DNA of 64,000 nucleotides, from assembly GCA_963840855.1 (NCBI GenBank), contig CAWJBB010000002.1, positions 64,001 to 128,000 on the forward strand. The letters are read 5' to 3'. Each line of letters opens with the position of its first letter. The stretch's first letter is position 1. This DNA comes from an uncultured delta proteobacterium (GTDB lineage Bacteria > Desulfobacterota > Binatia > UBA9968). Positions 20,485 through 31,530 of the stretch are shown here, piece after piece. The notes beneath the pieces are model-generated. The model was not told the DNA's origin and ran no database searches. It saw only the letters and a program-made list of their open reading frames with translations. The position numbers were made by a program, and so were the translations under genes.

Positions 20485-20644
20485 AATAATAATGCGTCCA
20501 GTCTTCTTGGATTTGCATTGCTAACGTGACGCGTCCGCTTCTTTTTTGTTTTATATTGCGGCGGAAACTAAATCGTACGGGTATCGTGGCAACCGTGAAA
20601 GAGGAGGCGGTCCGGCCGAGCAAGACTAACGAAAAAGGCTGTTT

Positions 20645-22140
20645 ATGAACGTACTGCTTCTCTCAATGCCGGATTCATTTGAGCACACGCCGACTATTAG
20701 CATCCGAATGCCCAACGGGGCCTCACTTCCCTCGCGGGAAACGCCGACCCGCACCATCACATAGCCGTCGCCGATCTCATCTTGGTCCAGAGCTCTGTTC
20801 GAGCAACCCTCGAACACCTCATGAAAACATTACAGCCAGATCTGGTGGGTCTTTCGGTCATGACGTTTCAGCGTAAAACGGCCAAAAAAATCATCGATGT
20901 ATTGCGTTCGCTCAAGCCAAGCGTCCGCGTTGTCGTGGGCGGTTATGATCCGAGTGTGGCGCTGCAAGCTTATACCGACGATTCCGGTAGCCTGGTTGAC
21001 TTTATCGTCCGCGGCGAAGGTGAGATCACTTTTCGCGAACTGTTGCGGGCCATCGAAATCGGCGGCGGCTATGAGGGAATTCTAGGTTTGTCTTTTCGCG
21101 AGGACGGTCGTTTCCGACACAATCCCGATCGTCCGGTGAGCGGCCTTGATGGGGGTGAGATACGGCTCCCCAACCGCGACGCACGGGTCCTCAGCGGCTA
21201 CACGATGATGGGCCGCCAAGTCGACATCGTTGAAACCTCTCGTGGTTGTACTTTTGATTGCAGCTTCTGCTCGATCGTCACTATGCGGGGTCGTCAATTC
21301 CACACGTATTCGTTCGATCGGGTACTGGCGGATATACGGGATGCCCGCGATCACGGCGCACGATCAATTTTCTTAGTCGACGATAATATCACGCTGAACG
21401 TGCGACGATTCGAAGCTCTGTGCCACGCGATTATAGACACGCGGCTGCATCACTTGGATTACTTTGTCCAGGCGATGACCTCAGCTATCGCCAACTACAG
21501 CGACAAACTCGTGCCGTTGATGCGCAAAGCTGGCTTTCGCTATGTTTTCCTCGGCATTGAGAACATCCTCGAAGCTGATCTGAAGTTCCTCCGCGCCGCC
21601 TCTAAGAATGCGCAGCGCGAAAATGGCCGAAGCACCGGCAACGCCACCCTCAAAGCCATCGGCGCGCTGCGCAAAAATAAGATGTATGTCGTAGGAGGCC
21701 TTATCATAGGCAACCCGGGAGATACACGCGACTCGATTAAGGCCAACCTTGACTTCGCGCGACGGCATGTCGATTGGCCTTACATTCAGCACCCCACCCC
21801 TTATCCTCGAACAGCGATGACTCAAGATTTTCAGAAGCGCAGGTTGATTATCGACGAGCGGCCGGAAAACTATGATGGCATTACGGCGGTGGTCAGAAAC
21901 GATCATTTAACGGCCGAGGAGATCGAATTTCTCAGATGGCGCGCCGAGCGCTGGATGAAACTTCGACACATGCCGGCGGTTTTCTGTCACGACCCATTGT
22001 TTATCTTGCGCCATGGCGCAAGGATTCTCGCACATATTTTTCGCGGCGTGACCTTAAAGACTCTGTTTGGCCTTGAAAATGAACGTAAAGCGTTTGAACG
22101 CTACCGCGCGATTCGTCAGGCGGAGCGGATGTATGTTTAA
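20645..22140 (+). CDS. B12-binding domain radical SAM protein (frameshift near 20720)
   Basis: MNVLLLSMPDSFEH start in another frame; PDLVGLSVM, VRGEGE, TSRGCTFDCSFC, LVDDNI. Confidence 0.85.
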
Positions 22141-22254
22141 TATTCTGCTCCTTCGGCGAGGGGAGAAGTTCTCACGAGGCCCACTTAGGAGGCATAAAAG
22201 GGGATCGCGCCAAGCAAGCTTGGGAGAGGAGGAAGAGATGTAGAAAGCAGCTCG

Positions 22255-22450
22255 GAAACCTTTCAGTGAAACCTTGTCGGTAACCAAGCCGGCCCGGGAA
22301 GGCCTAACCCGCTCCCGGAAGCGAGTCTTGCGCAGCGGTGGGGCAACCCATGCGGCGAAGCGTAGACAGCGAGTGCCAAGGCCCGGCTATTGAGCTTCGA
22401 AAGTTTCCAAGTGTGAGCCTTCGTCGTTCCCCTCACGGGGGCCATGCGGA
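22255..22450 (+). mobile_element. Group II intron 5' (domain I) remnant without RT ORF
   Basis: gcgagtcttgcg...ggcaacc...gaagcgtagacagcg...gctattgagcttcgaaa resemble bacterial group II intron domain I motifs; boundaries approximate. Confidence 0.55.
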
Positions 22451-22640
22451 GCGCACCGCTAGGGCGAGCAGCGCGCCGCGCACCACCGAGCCGAAGAGAA
22501 AAGGGGTCGGACCCTGATCGTTTGCGGACGCTATAACCCTGAGGACCGCTTAAATTCTGTGCTCATAGCGAGCGATTGTGGCCTAAAGACCCGCTCGTGA
22601 CCGAATCGCACAAGCTGGATATCTCGATATCTAGACCAGG

Positions 22641-23720
22641 ATGCGATACAAGGGCAGGATGTTTGACTGGAAGCGCTGTGGTCCGATCGCAGCACGCGGT
22701 GTCCTTTTCCTCGCGGCGTTGACCGGTGCCAACAGTATCGCCACAGCTCAAACTGCGCCTTTTTATCAAGGCAAAACGATCCGTCTCGTAGTCGGCTCGC
22801 CGCCGGGCGGTTTCTACGATCGCGCCGCGCGACTGCTCGCGCGCTATATGGGGAAATATTTGCCTGGCAATCCTGAAATCATTGTGCAGAACATGCCCGG
22901 CGCCGGGTCCCTGGTGGCCACCAACTACATCTATTCTGTCGCTAAAAGCGACGGCCTAACGATCGGCATGCCGCTCAGTTACATCTATCTGGACCAGCTC
23001 ACCGGTAAGCCGGAGGCCAAGTTTGATGTGCGCAAGCTCACCTGGATCGGCGCCCTCGATAAAACCCCGGCGATTTTGTACATGCGCGCCGATACCCCCT
23101 ATCGGACGATTGAAGATGTCGCAAAAGCCAAAGAGCCGCCCAAGTGCGGCGCTTCCGGGATTTCGAGCGGGAGCAATATTTTGGTGCGCGCTCTGGAGGA
23201 AGCCCTGGGCATCAAATTCACCATGGTCTTGGGGTATCCAGGAGGTTCCGAAATTGATTTGGCCGTGGAAAAGGGCGAAATCGTCTGCGCAGGGATGACA
23301 TTATACGCGCACTTCGGGCGCGAACCCTTTGGCACGTGGCACAAAAAGAATTTTGACCGGCACCTTGTTCAGACCGGTCGCAAACGCGATCCGCGGGCGG
23401 CGGAGGTGCCGACTCTTTATGAGCTGATGGAAAAGTTCAAGACACCAGAGATCAGCCGCCGCCTGATTCGCGTGTTATTTGCCGGCGACGAGTACGGCCA
23501 TCCGATGATTGCGCCGCCGGAGACGCCGGCCGATCGCGTCAGACTTTTGCGCGAGGCATACGCCAAAGTGCTAAACGATCCCGATCTTTTGGCCGAGGCA
23601 AAAAAAGGCAATATGGAGCTCGATCCATCAACGGGCGACGAACAGGAAGCGATCATGAAAGAGGTTGTCAACCAGCCGCCAGAGATTGTGCAAAAGATCA
23701 AAAAGCTTTTCGGAGAGTAA
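22641..23720 (+). CDS. TctC/Bug family substrate-binding protein
   Basis: FYQGKTI, GSPPGGFYD, QNMPGAG, GYPGGSEIDLAVEKGE. Confidence 0.9.
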   Translation: MRYKGRMFDWKRCGPIAARGVLFLAALTGANSIATAQTAPFYQGKTIRLVVGSPPGGFYDRAARLLARYMGKYLPGNPEIIVQNMPGAGSLVATNYIYSVAKSDGLTIGMPLSYIYLDQLTGKPEAKFDVRKLTWIGALDKTPAILYMRADTPYRTIEDVAKAKEPPKCGASGISSGSNILVRALEEALGIKFTMVLGYPGGSEIDLAVEKGEIVCAGMTLYAHFGREPFGTWHKKNFDRHLVQTGRKRDPRAAEVPTLYELMEKFKTPEISRRLIRVLFAGDEYGHPMIAPPETPADRVRLLREAYAKVLNDPDLLAEAKKGNMELDPSTGDEQEAIMKEVVNQPPEIVQKIKKLFGE

Positions 23721-24090
23721 GGCGATTGAGAGCTTACAAATTCCCGTTCACTTTCCATGATGCTCAGCGCGAACGAGCTCTAATAGATCAAATTCAGCTC
23801 CTTCGTGGTCTTAGAGCGTACGTTTTAAGCGAAAAAACGCGCGGTGCATCAGCCATGATTCAATACCTCCGTTTCGTAATCATAGTCGAATCGATTCTTG
23901 CGATATTCATTAGCAACGGGAGGACTCCGCCGTCAAGCTTTCTGCGGCTTCGGCCCGAGAACTCCTCTAGTTGGTAATACCGGAGACTCTCCTCGCCCTC
24001 GAAACGATTGGAACTATTGTAACGTCTGGAACGATTGGAACAGGCTTCGTTATCTGTAAAATTGCCACTCCACGTGTGGCATCGCTCCGC

Positions 24091-24510
24091 CTATCCCCCC
24101 ATCGGCGGCATTTTTGGAAATTTGGGCAGCGTCGGATTCATGTGATCCCAAGGCTGGGCGCTGGCTGTGAAGATGTCCATGGTCGGCTTATACTGGCTCG
24201 GGTCATCGAGACTCCCGGCCGTGATCATCGCGAGTTCCGGCATAGCGCTGGTTTTTGCGAACAAACGCGCACCGCACTCCGGGCAAAAACCACGGCTTAA
24301 CGTATTGCCGCTATCTGCTTTGCTGTCGTAATACTTAACCGTGCCGGTGATCTTTAACGCGGCTGCCGGCAGTCCGATGTCAGGATCATACGCACTGCCG
24401 CTTGCCTTTTGGCAATCGCGGCAGTGGCAATTACCCATAAAAAGCGGATCGGCAGAACATTCGTAGCGCACCGCACCGCAAAGGCAGCCTCCAGTAAATC
24501 TATTAGCCAT
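24091..24510 (-). CDS. GFA family (CENP-V/glutathione-dependent formaldehyde-activating) protein
   Basis: GGCLCGAVRY, CHCRDCQKASG, FCPECG; ggagg RBS. Confidence 0.9.
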   Translation of the reverse strand: MANRFTGGCLCGAVRYECSADPLFMGNCHCRDCQKASGSAYDPDIGLPAAALKITGTVKYYDSKADSGNTLSRGFCPECGARLFAKTSAMPELAMITAGSLDDPSQYKPTMDIFTASAQPWDHMNPTLPKFPKMPPMGG

Positions 24511-24828
24511 AGTTTTTCCTCCTTGCTTGTCCGTCAATTCTTAATGCTACTATTACCGCTAGTAGCTCGAGAAATCGATGATATTCACGTCTACCGACTC
24601 TGCATTTCACAAACGCGCGAGTTAGGACATGCCCTCATGCGTCTGCCCACGACGCTAGACCCCGCGATGCACGCAAGGTATAAACGCTTTGACTGTGTCG
24701 GTTCTCGGTGCAACAACTCGGACGATCTAAGGGAGGTAAGGCATGGAGCAAGAGTTTGCCGGTACCAGCGAGGACTTGAAGATCGGCAGGATAGTCGGTC
24801 GTGTCGTGCTCAACTCCGAACCGATCCA

Positions 24829-26409
24829 ATGATTCCCTTTTCCTGGAGCAACCCCTACGCCTGGCCGCGAAAGCCGCTGCTCGCGCAGAACGTCGTCGCC
24901 ACTTCCCAGCCGCTCGCCGCGCAGGCGGGGCTGCAGATGCTCGCTGCCGGCGGCAACGCAGTGGATGCGATCCTTGCCACCGCAATCACGCTGTCACTGG
25001 TCGAACCGGTGTCAAACGGTATCGGCTCGGATGCCTACGCGCTCGTCTGGGACGGGCGCAAGCTGCACGGCCTGAACGCCTCGGGGCGCTCGCCGGCGGC
25101 GTGGACGCCCGACTACTTCTGCGGCAAGGCAGCCATGCCGGCGCGCGGCTGGGACACGGTCACCGTGCCGGGCGCGGTATCGGCGTGGGTCGAGATGCAC
25201 GGCAAGTTCGGCAAGCTGCCGTTCCGCAAGCTCTTCGAGCAGGCGATTTGCTACGGCCGCGAGGGCTTTCTCGTCTCGCCGACGATCGCGGGGCAGTGGC
25301 AGGCCCAGGTCGAGAATCTGAAGGATCTTCCCGGCTTCGCTGCGGCGTTCTTGCCTGGAGGACGCGCGCCTCGCGCTGGAGAAAAGTTCGTCTTCAAGAG
25401 CCATGCCTTGGCCCTGGAAAAGATCGCTGTCACGAAGGGAAAGGCGTTCTATCGCGGCGAGCTTGCTGAAAAGCTCGAGGCGGCGGCGAAGAAGCAGGGC
25501 GGCGCGCTGCGCGCGTCCGACCTGGCGGCGCACCGGCCCGACTGGGTGAAGCCGCTCGAAATTGACTATCGCAGCTACACGCTGCACGAGATCCCGCCCA
25601 ACGGTCAGGGCATCGTAGCGCTGATCGCGCTCGGCATCCTCGGTAACTTCGACCTGAGCTCGCACCCGGTGGACGGCGCCGATAGCCTGCACCTGCAGAT
25701 TGAGGCGGTGAAGCTCGCCTTCGCCGATGCCTGGCGCTACGTGGCCGACATTGACCACATGGACGTGCGCCCGCAGGCACTGCTCGACAAGGAATACCTG
25801 AAGTCGAGATCGAGGCTCATCGATCCGAAGCGCGCGCAGGATTTCGGCCACGGCAATCCACCGAAAGGCGGCACCGTGTACCTTGCCGCGGCTGACGCCT
25901 CCGGGATGATGGTCTCATTCATCCAGTCGAACTACATGGGCTTCGGCTCGGGCGTGGTGGTGGACGGCATCTCGCTGCAGAACCGCGGCGCCACCTTCGT
26001 GCTTCAGCCGGGCCACCCCAACTGCGTCGGGCCCGGCAAGCGCCCGTACCAGACCATCATCCCCGGCTTCGTCACGAAAGACGGCCGGCCCGTGATGAGC
26101 TTCGGCGTGATGGGCGGGACCATGCAGCCACAGGGCCACACGCAGGTGATGGTGCGCATCGCCGACTACGGCCAGAGCCCGCAGGCGGCATGCGACGGCC
26201 CGCGCTTCCGCGTGGTGCAGGGCATGGATGTGAGCGTAGAGGACGGCTTCCCCGCAGCCTCACTCGAGGAGCTGAAGCGTCGCGGCCACAGTATCGTGAC
26301 GGTAGACGACTACAACCAGTTCGGCTGCGGCCAGATGATTTGGAAGCTCGACGGCGGGTACTTCACCGCCAGCGATCCGCGCCGCGACGGGCAGGCAGTA
26401 GGTTTCTAG
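24829..26409 (+). CDS. Gamma-glutamyltransferase family protein
   Basis: VATSQPLA, GGNAVDA, LNASGRSP, TVPGAV, GGTVYL, LQNRG, GKRPYQTIIP, SDPRRDGQAVG. Confidence 0.9.
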   Translation: MIPFSWSNPYAWPRKPLLAQNVVATSQPLAAQAGLQMLAAGGNAVDAILATAITLSLVEPVSNGIGSDAYALVWDGRKLHGLNASGRSPAAWTPDYFCGKAAMPARGWDTVTVPGAVSAWVEMHGKFGKLPFRKLFEQAICYGREGFLVSPTIAGQWQAQVENLKDLPGFAAAFLPGGRAPRAGEKFVFKSHALALEKIAVTKGKAFYRGELAEKLEAAAKKQGGALRASDLAAHRPDWVKPLEIDYRSYTLHEIPPNGQGIVALIALGILGNFDLSSHPVDGADSLHLQIEAVKLAFADAWRYVADIDHMDVRPQALLDKEYLKSRSRLIDPKRAQDFGHGNPPKGGTVYLAAADASGMMVSFIQSNYMGFGSGVVVDGISLQNRGATFVLQPGHPNCVGPGKRPYQTIIPGFVTKDGRPVMSFGVMGGTMQPQGHTQVMVRIADYGQSPQAACDGPRFRVVQGMDVSVEDGFPAASLEELKRRGHSIVTVDDYNQFGCGQMIWKLDGGYFTASDPRRDGQAVGF

Positions 26410-26448
26410 AATGGGCAGCAATGGGGGTAGACATAACACTCTGTACAA

Positions 26449-26680
26449 CTAATTTCGTTCCGGTGCTGAAGCCCGCAACAGCATCATACTGATATGCGCC
26501 TGATCGCGCCGCAGAAACTTCGCTACCTCGCTTACGGCTTGACGACGAAAGCCCGAATCCTCTTTCAGCCTTTCCTCCGCTGGCCTCACGGCGTGACTCG
26601 CCGTGGACAACTCCTTGACCTGAAGAAACCGAGCCAATTCTGAGAGTCCCTGATCTCTCCATATCGCCGCGCGATGTAAC
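26449..26680 (-). pseudogene. C-terminal HTH remnant of a RAYT/IS200-like transposase
   Basis: LSELARFL..ELSTASHAVR..EERLKED resembles the DnaA-C-like tail of such transposases. Confidence 0.4.
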
Positions 26681-26912
26681 ATAACATCTCCCGGGGGAAC
26701 GTCACAGGGAGTGCGTGGCTCGCAGCCCTCGGGAGCGCGCAACTCCTCCAACTCGCTCGCGCTCTCCGAGTTGTTCACCCACGCAATCCACTGGCTTGGC
26801 CACTCTACAGGCCCAGTCGCTTAGAGCTGAAATTGTTTGTCCTTGCCGGAATTATTGTGTTAAAGATTTTGCATACCGCAGGTTCGAACACCTTTTGGGA
26901 GGTAACGGGCGT

Positions 26913-28031
26913 ATGAAAGCGATTTCGAGAAATTTCACTTTGGCCCTGGGGCTGTGGCTCACGGCTTTTGCTGGATATAGCGACGCTGCGAGTCCGGCGT
27001 TGCTTAAAGCCAAACAGGAGGCCGAGACGAAGGGATATGTTTTCGCGACGAGCCACGACCAGATCGTGGCCACAGCCAAAAAAGAGGGCAAGATGCGCGC
27101 CGTAAGCTTCCTGTCCGGGACGATGCTTGACGCGATGGTTCGCGCCTTTAGGGCGAAATACCCGTTTCTCGACGTCCATGTGGAGGAGCAAGGAGGATCG
27201 GTTGAAGCGGCGCAACGCTTTCTCCTGGAGATCAAGGCCGGCATCGTAAAGGACTGGGATGCCAATCGCCTCTGGACCGAGTTATACGATGAGTACCTGC
27301 CGCACCAGAAGAAGTTCGACATTCTGGGCATGGCCCAGAACAAGGTGCTAAATATCCCTCCGATGATGGTCGATCCCGTTCACCGCCACGTCGTGGCGCT
27401 TAGCAGCAACCTCCATGTGCTGGCCTACAACAACAAGTTGATCCCTCCCGAAAAGGTCCCCGTAAAGTGGGAGGATCTCTTGCGGCCCGAGTTCAAAGGG
27501 AAGAAGTTCGCCTCGGATATTCGGCCCGTAGCGGTTGCGGCGCTGGTCCCTGCGTGGGGCCTTGAGAAGACCCTCGACTTTGCCAGGAAGATCGCAGCAC
27601 AGCAGCCTTTCTGGGGAAGAGGCCATTCCATCGTGATTTCTTCTGTTCAGGCCGGAGAGATCCCCATGTTTATGGGGACCAACTTCGGAGCCGTCAAGAG
27701 AGCGCAGTCAAAAGACCGCGCCAAGGTGCTCGGATATAAGTTTTTGGAGCCGGTTGTGGGCAGGCTGCACCTCACCGACGGCGTATTGGCCGCGGCCAGA
27801 AATCCTTATGCCGCCCTTTTATGGCTGGAGTTTCAGGCATCGCCCGAAGGGCAAAAGTTACTGGATGAATACTGGCCTTTTGGCGCGTCCGTACTGTTGC
27901 CCGATTCGGTTCAAGCGCAAGAGACCAAAGGAAAGACACTCTCCCTGCTCGATTGGAACCACTATACAAAGCTCGACGAATACACCTCGAAGGTTGCGGT
28001 GGCTTACGGCTTTCCAAAGGCCGAGCGTTAA
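26913..28031 (+). CDS. ABC extracellular solute-binding protein (Fe/thiamine-like family)
   Basis: Signal peptide; AKKEGK, FRAKYPFL, PVKWEDLLRPEFKGK, NPYAALLWLEFQASPEGQ. Confidence 0.85.
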   Translation: MKAISRNFTLALGLWLTAFAGYSDAASPALLKAKQEAETKGYVFATSHDQIVATAKKEGKMRAVSFLSGTMLDAMVRAFRAKYPFLDVHVEEQGGSVEAAQRFLLEIKAGIVKDWDANRLWTELYDEYLPHQKKFDILGMAQNKVLNIPPMMVDPVHRHVVALSSNLHVLAYNNKLIPPEKVPVKWEDLLRPEFKGKKFASDIRPVAVAALVPAWGLEKTLDFARKIAAQQPFWGRGHSIVISSVQAGEIPMFMGTNFGAVKRAQSKDRAKVLGYKFLEPVVGRLHLTDGVLAAARNPYAALLWLEFQASPEGQKLLDEYWPFGASVLLPDSVQAQETKGKTLSLLDWNHYTKLDEYTSKVAVAYGFPKAER

Positions 28032-28049
28032 GTCGGGAGCAGATTTGAC

Positions 28050-28191
28050 ATTTATTCTCCTTCGCCGAATACCTCGCAGCTTGCTGCGAGGATGAAGGTG
28101 AGGAGAACCCTCCGTAGCCTTGGCGAAGGAGGGTTGAAGGGCTTCGAAGAATTTCGCAAAGATACCTCGGAGCTTTGCTCCGAGGAGCTTT
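28050..28191. mobile_element. IS200/IS605-end-like non-autonomous element
   Basis: Paired subterminal hairpins atacctcgcagcttgctgcgagg and atacctcggagctttgctccgagg. Confidence 0.55.
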
Positions 28192-28279
28192 ATTTGGAGT
28201 TGAATAGGCTACCGTGGGGATTGAGGCCGTTTTTAACAGTCGCGAGCGCCCGATAGCATGGTAATCAAAGGAGGTGTAA

Positions 28280-28759
28280 ATGGTACAGCCGAACAAGATA
28301 GCAGGTATCACCGTTGCACGGCAGCAACAAATAGACGTGTCGTCAGACCCGAGCAGAGGCAAGTGGAGCAGCCCGTTCCGTTTGCGTGCTGGAAACCTCG
28401 CCGTTGGCCTAATGAGAGTCAACAAGGACGGCGGCGAGAACAATCTCCACGCGCATCCTGATGTAGAGTCGATCTGGATTGTGCTGAAGGGAAGGGCGAG
28501 ATTTTATGGTATGAACGATGTCCTGGTCGCCGAACTTGGGCCCGGCGAAGGTGTCGCCATACCCAAAGGAGTTCCTTACTGGTTCGATAACAAAGAGGAA
28601 GAGCCACTGGAGGTTTACCACATCACCAGCCGAGACCCTTCGATCAAGGATGTCCACCGTGTAAACTTCGCTCCATACACCGTGGCGCAAGAGACCCGCG
28701 GACCGAGGCCGGGGCGCGAGGCTACGGAGCAGGAGAAAGAGGCGGCGGCTAAGTTATGA
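28280..28759 (+). CDS. Cupin domain protein
   Basis: GGENNLHAHPDVESIWIVLKG, IPKGVPYWF; ggagg RBS. Confidence 0.85.
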   Translation: MVQPNKIAGITVARQQQIDVSSDPSRGKWSSPFRLRAGNLAVGLMRVNKDGGENNLHAHPDVESIWIVLKGRARFYGMNDVLVAELGPGEGVAIPKGVPYWFDNKEEEPLEVYHITSRDPSIKDVHRVNFAPYTVAQETRGPRPGREATEQEKEAAAKL

Positions 28760-28968
28760 TAAATAAGTCCCGACAGGATGTTGATCTGATATTAATCTGA
28801 TAACGGTGTCATTTATTGACCGATTTCACGGAACGTACCCACCCAATTTCAACGAAGGGACCCACCTGATTTCAAGGAAGGGACCCACCCAATTTCAGGT
28901 GGTCCCCTTCGTTTCTGAGCGAGCCGACGAACGATGCTACCTTGGCCAACTGGAGGAGGATCCAGTTA

Positions 28969-30486
28969 ATGGCCAAAGAAAGGACCAGCGTTCGTATGCG
29001 AGCTCAAATCAAAACCCTGTCCGAACAGGGGCACTCCGTTCGCCGTATTGCCCGGATACTTCGGCTTTCGCGCAGGACGGTGCGGAAGTTTTTGGAGCCC
29101 ACCGCAGAGCCGCCCAGTGAGAGCGGTGGTTGGGTTGAGACGGTTGACTGGGAGTATGTCCGCCAGGAAGTCTATGGCAAAGGGACCACGGTCAAGCAGA
29201 TCCAGCGGGAGGTGGCCCCCGAGACAGGGTATGTAAAGTTTTGGCGTCAGTTTCGGGAAAAGGTTAGTGTGCAAGCCTCACCCGATCAAGTGACTATCCG
29301 GCTTCATCACAAGCCTGCGGAAAAAACCCAGATCGATTTTTCAGACGGTCTGTTTATCACCGAGCGAGGGACGGGAAACAAGACACTGACCCAGTTTTTC
29401 TTAGGGGTTCTGCCCTTCAGCTCGTATACCTTCGGGGAATTCGTTCTAGATCAGAAGCTTTCCACCTTCATCGGGGTCCAGCAGCGCATGTTCGCCTACT
29501 TTGGTGGGATAACCCCCTACGTAGTGGTGGACAATCTCAAGAGCGGTGTCCACAAGGCCGATCTGTACGACCCCGATGTAAATCCCACCTACTGTGATTT
29601 TGCCAATCACATGGGCTTTGCGGTACTGCCGGCCAGACCCTACAAGGCCCGGGACAAGGGCTCTGGGGAATGCCACATCGGAGTGATCCAAAGAGGGTTT
29701 TTCCAGGAGGTCCGTAACCGGGTCTTCTATTCTCTCCAAGATCTCAATCAAACCCTCAGGGAATATCTTCATCGGTTGAACCGCGAGGTGATGAAAGACT
29801 ACGGGGTGAGCCGCAACCAGCGCTTCGAGCAAGAGAAAAAGCAATTAAAGGCCCTGCCACCCTCTCCCTTCGAGTTAAGCGAGTGGCGCCAGGCTAAAGT
29901 CCATCCCGACTGCCATATCCAAGTGGAGAAAAACTTCTACTCGGTCCCCTTTGTCTACGTCAGCCAAAGGGTCCGGGTCAGGCTCACCGAGAAAATTGTG
30001 GAAGTGTTTAGTGAGGACAGCCAGCCCCTTACCGCTCACACCAGACTGATGGGGATCGGACAGTTCTCCACCTATGATTTCCATTATCCCGAAGCCAAGC
30101 TGAGCGTGGCGCGCTTTGAAGTCCGTCACGCTCAAGAACAGGCCAAAAAGCTTGGCCCCCATGTCGAGAAGTTACTCGATGATCTGCTCTCAGGCCAACA
30201 TCCCTTGCGCCATCTAAGACGGGTCCAAGGAATCTTGCGGCTTGCCAAACGCTATCCCATCACGGCTGAAGCTTTGGACCATGCATGCCAGCGGGCGATT
30301 GTCTTCAACAAGACACGGCTCGCCTACATCAAAGACTGCGCCCTTTACTTTGTTAGCCACGGCCAAAGACCCACGCTTCTTCCCCCGCAGAGAAAGCTGG
30401 ATACCGTGCATCTACACCAATACGCTGCCAACTCGGGCTCAGATTCTGAACTGTCGCTGCCGTCGGTGGAGGAGGAACTGCTATGA
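28969..30486 (+). CDS. istA: IS21 transposase IstA
   Basis: N-terminal HTH; QIDFS, VVDNLKSGV, ARPYKARDKG, VEKNFYSVP. Confidence 0.92.
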   Translation: MAKERTSVRMRAQIKTLSEQGHSVRRIARILRLSRRTVRKFLEPTAEPPSESGGWVETVDWEYVRQEVYGKGTTVKQIQREVAPETGYVKFWRQFREKVSVQASPDQVTIRLHHKPAEKTQIDFSDGLFITERGTGNKTLTQFFLGVLPFSSYTFGEFVLDQKLSTFIGVQQRMFAYFGGITPYVVVDNLKSGVHKADLYDPDVNPTYCDFANHMGFAVLPARPYKARDKGSGECHIGVIQRGFFQEVRNRVFYSLQDLNQTLREYLHRLNREVMKDYGVSRNQRFEQEKKQLKALPPSPFELSEWRQAKVHPDCHIQVEKNFYSVPFVYVSQRVRVRLTEKIVEVFSEDSQPLTAHTRLMGIGQFSTYDFHYPEAKLSVARFEVRHAQEQAKKLGPHVEKLLDDLLSGQHPLRHLRRVQGILRLAKRYPITAEALDHACQRAIVFNKTRLAYIKDCALYFVSHGQRPTLLPPQRKLDTVHLHQYAANSGSDSELSLPSVEEELL

Positions 30487-30645
30487 GCACGAGCTTAAAA
30501 TCCAGCCCCAACCTGATTTTTTACCTCCCAGAGCAGGGAGCAGAGAAAAACGACCTCCACAGAGGCCCTATAAACGACGATCTCGCTTTGACCCATACCT
30601 TGGGTACCCCCCAAAACAGCCGTTTCACCAGGAGGTCTCCCCGCC

Positions 30646-31401
30646 ATGATGCTTGATCAAGTCAGAAACCTTTCCCACCAGATGCGCCTGTTTGGCATCC
30701 ATGAAGCCTGCGAACGGCAAGCCCAGATCGCTTTGTCCCAGCAGCTCCATCCCCTGGAGTTTTTACGCTTGCTGCTCGAAGATGAACTGTTGTCGCGCAA
30801 AGACCGAACCGCCAAGGCGCTGGTGACCAAGGCCCGCTTTCGGTTCCGCGCCGATCTGGAAGACTTAGATTTAGCGTTCCACAAGGATCTGACCAAAGCC
30901 AAGATCAAAGAACTCTGCGAGCTCGGCTTCCTCCATAACCTGGAGAATCTTTTGATTTTAGGTAAAACCGGTTTGGGAAAGACTCATCTAGCGATAGCCT
31001 TGGGAAAACGGCTGTGCCAGGAAGGTCATCCCACGCAATTCTTGCCAGTCAACTTCCTGTTCGAGGAAATCCAAGCTGCCAGGGCCGCCGGCCGTTACCT
31101 CAACTACATCCGTAGTCTCATCAAGGCCAAGGTTTTGATCCTCGATGACCTGGGGTTAAGAAACTATACCCACGAGGAAGCCACTTCCCTGATGGACATC
31201 CTCGAAGAGCGCTACCGCAAGGCTCCCCTCATCGTTACTTCCCAGGTTGAGCCTCAGGGATGGCTCAAACTGTTTGAAGATCCGGTGATCGCCGAGGCCA
31301 TCGTGGATCGGCTGATTCATCCATCTCAGAAAATCACCTTGAAAGGAGAGAAGTCCTATAGAGAAAAACTCACAGAGAAAAAATCAGGATTGAAAAACTA
31401 G
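30646..31401 (+). CDS. istB: IS21 helper ATPase IstB
   Basis: Walker A GKTGLGKT, LILDDLG, AEAIVDRLIH. Confidence 0.92.
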   Translation: MMLDQVRNLSHQMRLFGIHEACERQAQIALSQQLHPLEFLRLLLEDELLSRKDRTAKALVTKARFRFRADLEDLDLAFHKDLTKAKIKELCELGFLHNLENLLILGKTGLGKTHLAIALGKRLCQEGHPTQFLPVNFLFEEIQAARAAGRYLNYIRSLIKAKVLILDDLGLRNYTHEEATSLMDILEERYRKAPLIVTSQVEPQGWLKLFEDPVIAEAIVDRLIHPSQKITLKGEKSYREKLTEKKSGLKN

Positions 31402-31530
31402 GGAGGCTTATTGTAGACAGTCAAGATAACTTCGTCGCTTCGCTCCGCTGAATTGGGTGGTCCCCTTCGTTGAAATCGGGTGGGTCCCTTCAGTGAAATC
31501 GAACAATTTATGCGTTGTCATGGAGTAACA

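Larger units (their letters stand above)
28817..31505 (+). mobile_element. Complete IS21-family insertion sequence
   Basis: TG...CA ends; IRs tgaccgatttcac / gtgaaatcgaaca with repeated internal motifs; ATTTAT duplication at 28811-28816 and 31506-31511. Confidence 0.92.

Noticed and set aside
24409-24828. N-terminal extension of the gamma-glutamyltransferase ORF
   Set aside because: Overlaps the GFA gene on the other strand; family similarity starts at ATG 24829
28817-28900. CRISPR-like repeats
   Set aside because: Short tandem units without spacers; they are IS21 terminal repeats mirrored at 31450-31505
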